A DNA stretch of 64,000 nucleotides from Lama guanicoe (taxonomy: Eukaryota), in the NCBI GenBank assembly GCA_013239625.1, contig MU053881.1, positions 8,889,957 through 8,953,956 of the forward strand, in the 5' to 3' direction. Positions 63,937 to 64,000 of this stretch are shown one piece after another. The position numbers and the translations under genes are program-made. Within the stretch, counting starts at the first letter, position 1. Every line of letters starts with the position of its first letter. The notes beneath the pieces are model-generated. The model did no database searches. It was not told where the DNA came from and worked only from the letters and a program-made list of their open reading frames with translations.

Positions 63937-63937
<1 letters not shown>

Positions 63938-63970
<33 letters not shown>
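63938..63970. repeat. (TG)n microsatellite
   Basis: About 16 perfect TG units. Confidence 0.97.
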
Positions 63971-63973
<3 letters not shown>

Positions 63974-64000
63974 CACACATGCTATTTCTAATATGCATTA

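Noticed and set aside
1..64000. CRISPR arrays, tRNA/rRNA/snRNA genes, miRNA hairpins, lineage-specific tRNA-derived SINEs
   Set aside because: No regularly spaced repeat-spacer array, no recognisable structural RNA, no long hairpin outside MITEs, and no Vic-1/PRE-1/Bov-tA/CHR SINE seen by eye.

Overview
Mammalian (eutherian) non-coding genomic DNA, most likely from a camelid. That species call is an inference from three young L1 3' ends of the type '...atgtatgtatatgcatgactgggacattgtgctgtacaccagaaattgacac...', matched from memory. The window looks like a large intron or gene desert. It is dominated by ancient interspersed repeats (MIR, L2, L3/CR1, L1M, MaLR and ERV1 solo LTRs, hAT MITEs, two Tigger1 deletion derivatives) and microsatellites. 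These alternate with repeat-free blocks rich in homeodomain, PBX/MEIS, SOX and bZIP motifs that resemble conserved enhancers of a developmental locus. No protein-coding exon, RNA gene or CRISPR/prokaryote-type system can be supported. The ORF track is explained by chance, simple repeats and decayed L1 ORF2. The best unannotated signals are: (i) a ~240 bp non-TE insert with AATAAA and an A-rich tail between perfect 18-bp direct repeats (33840-34116; likely an orphan retrocopy or transduction); (ii) a probable L1 3' transduction (33034-33344); (iii) a perfect palindromic Maf recognition element (34547-34563); and (iv) a small CpG cluster with a minus-strand splice donor (~58750-58990). I found no convincing previously undescribed biological system. 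Repeat family names come from recalled consensus sequences, and boundaries of old repeats are approximate.
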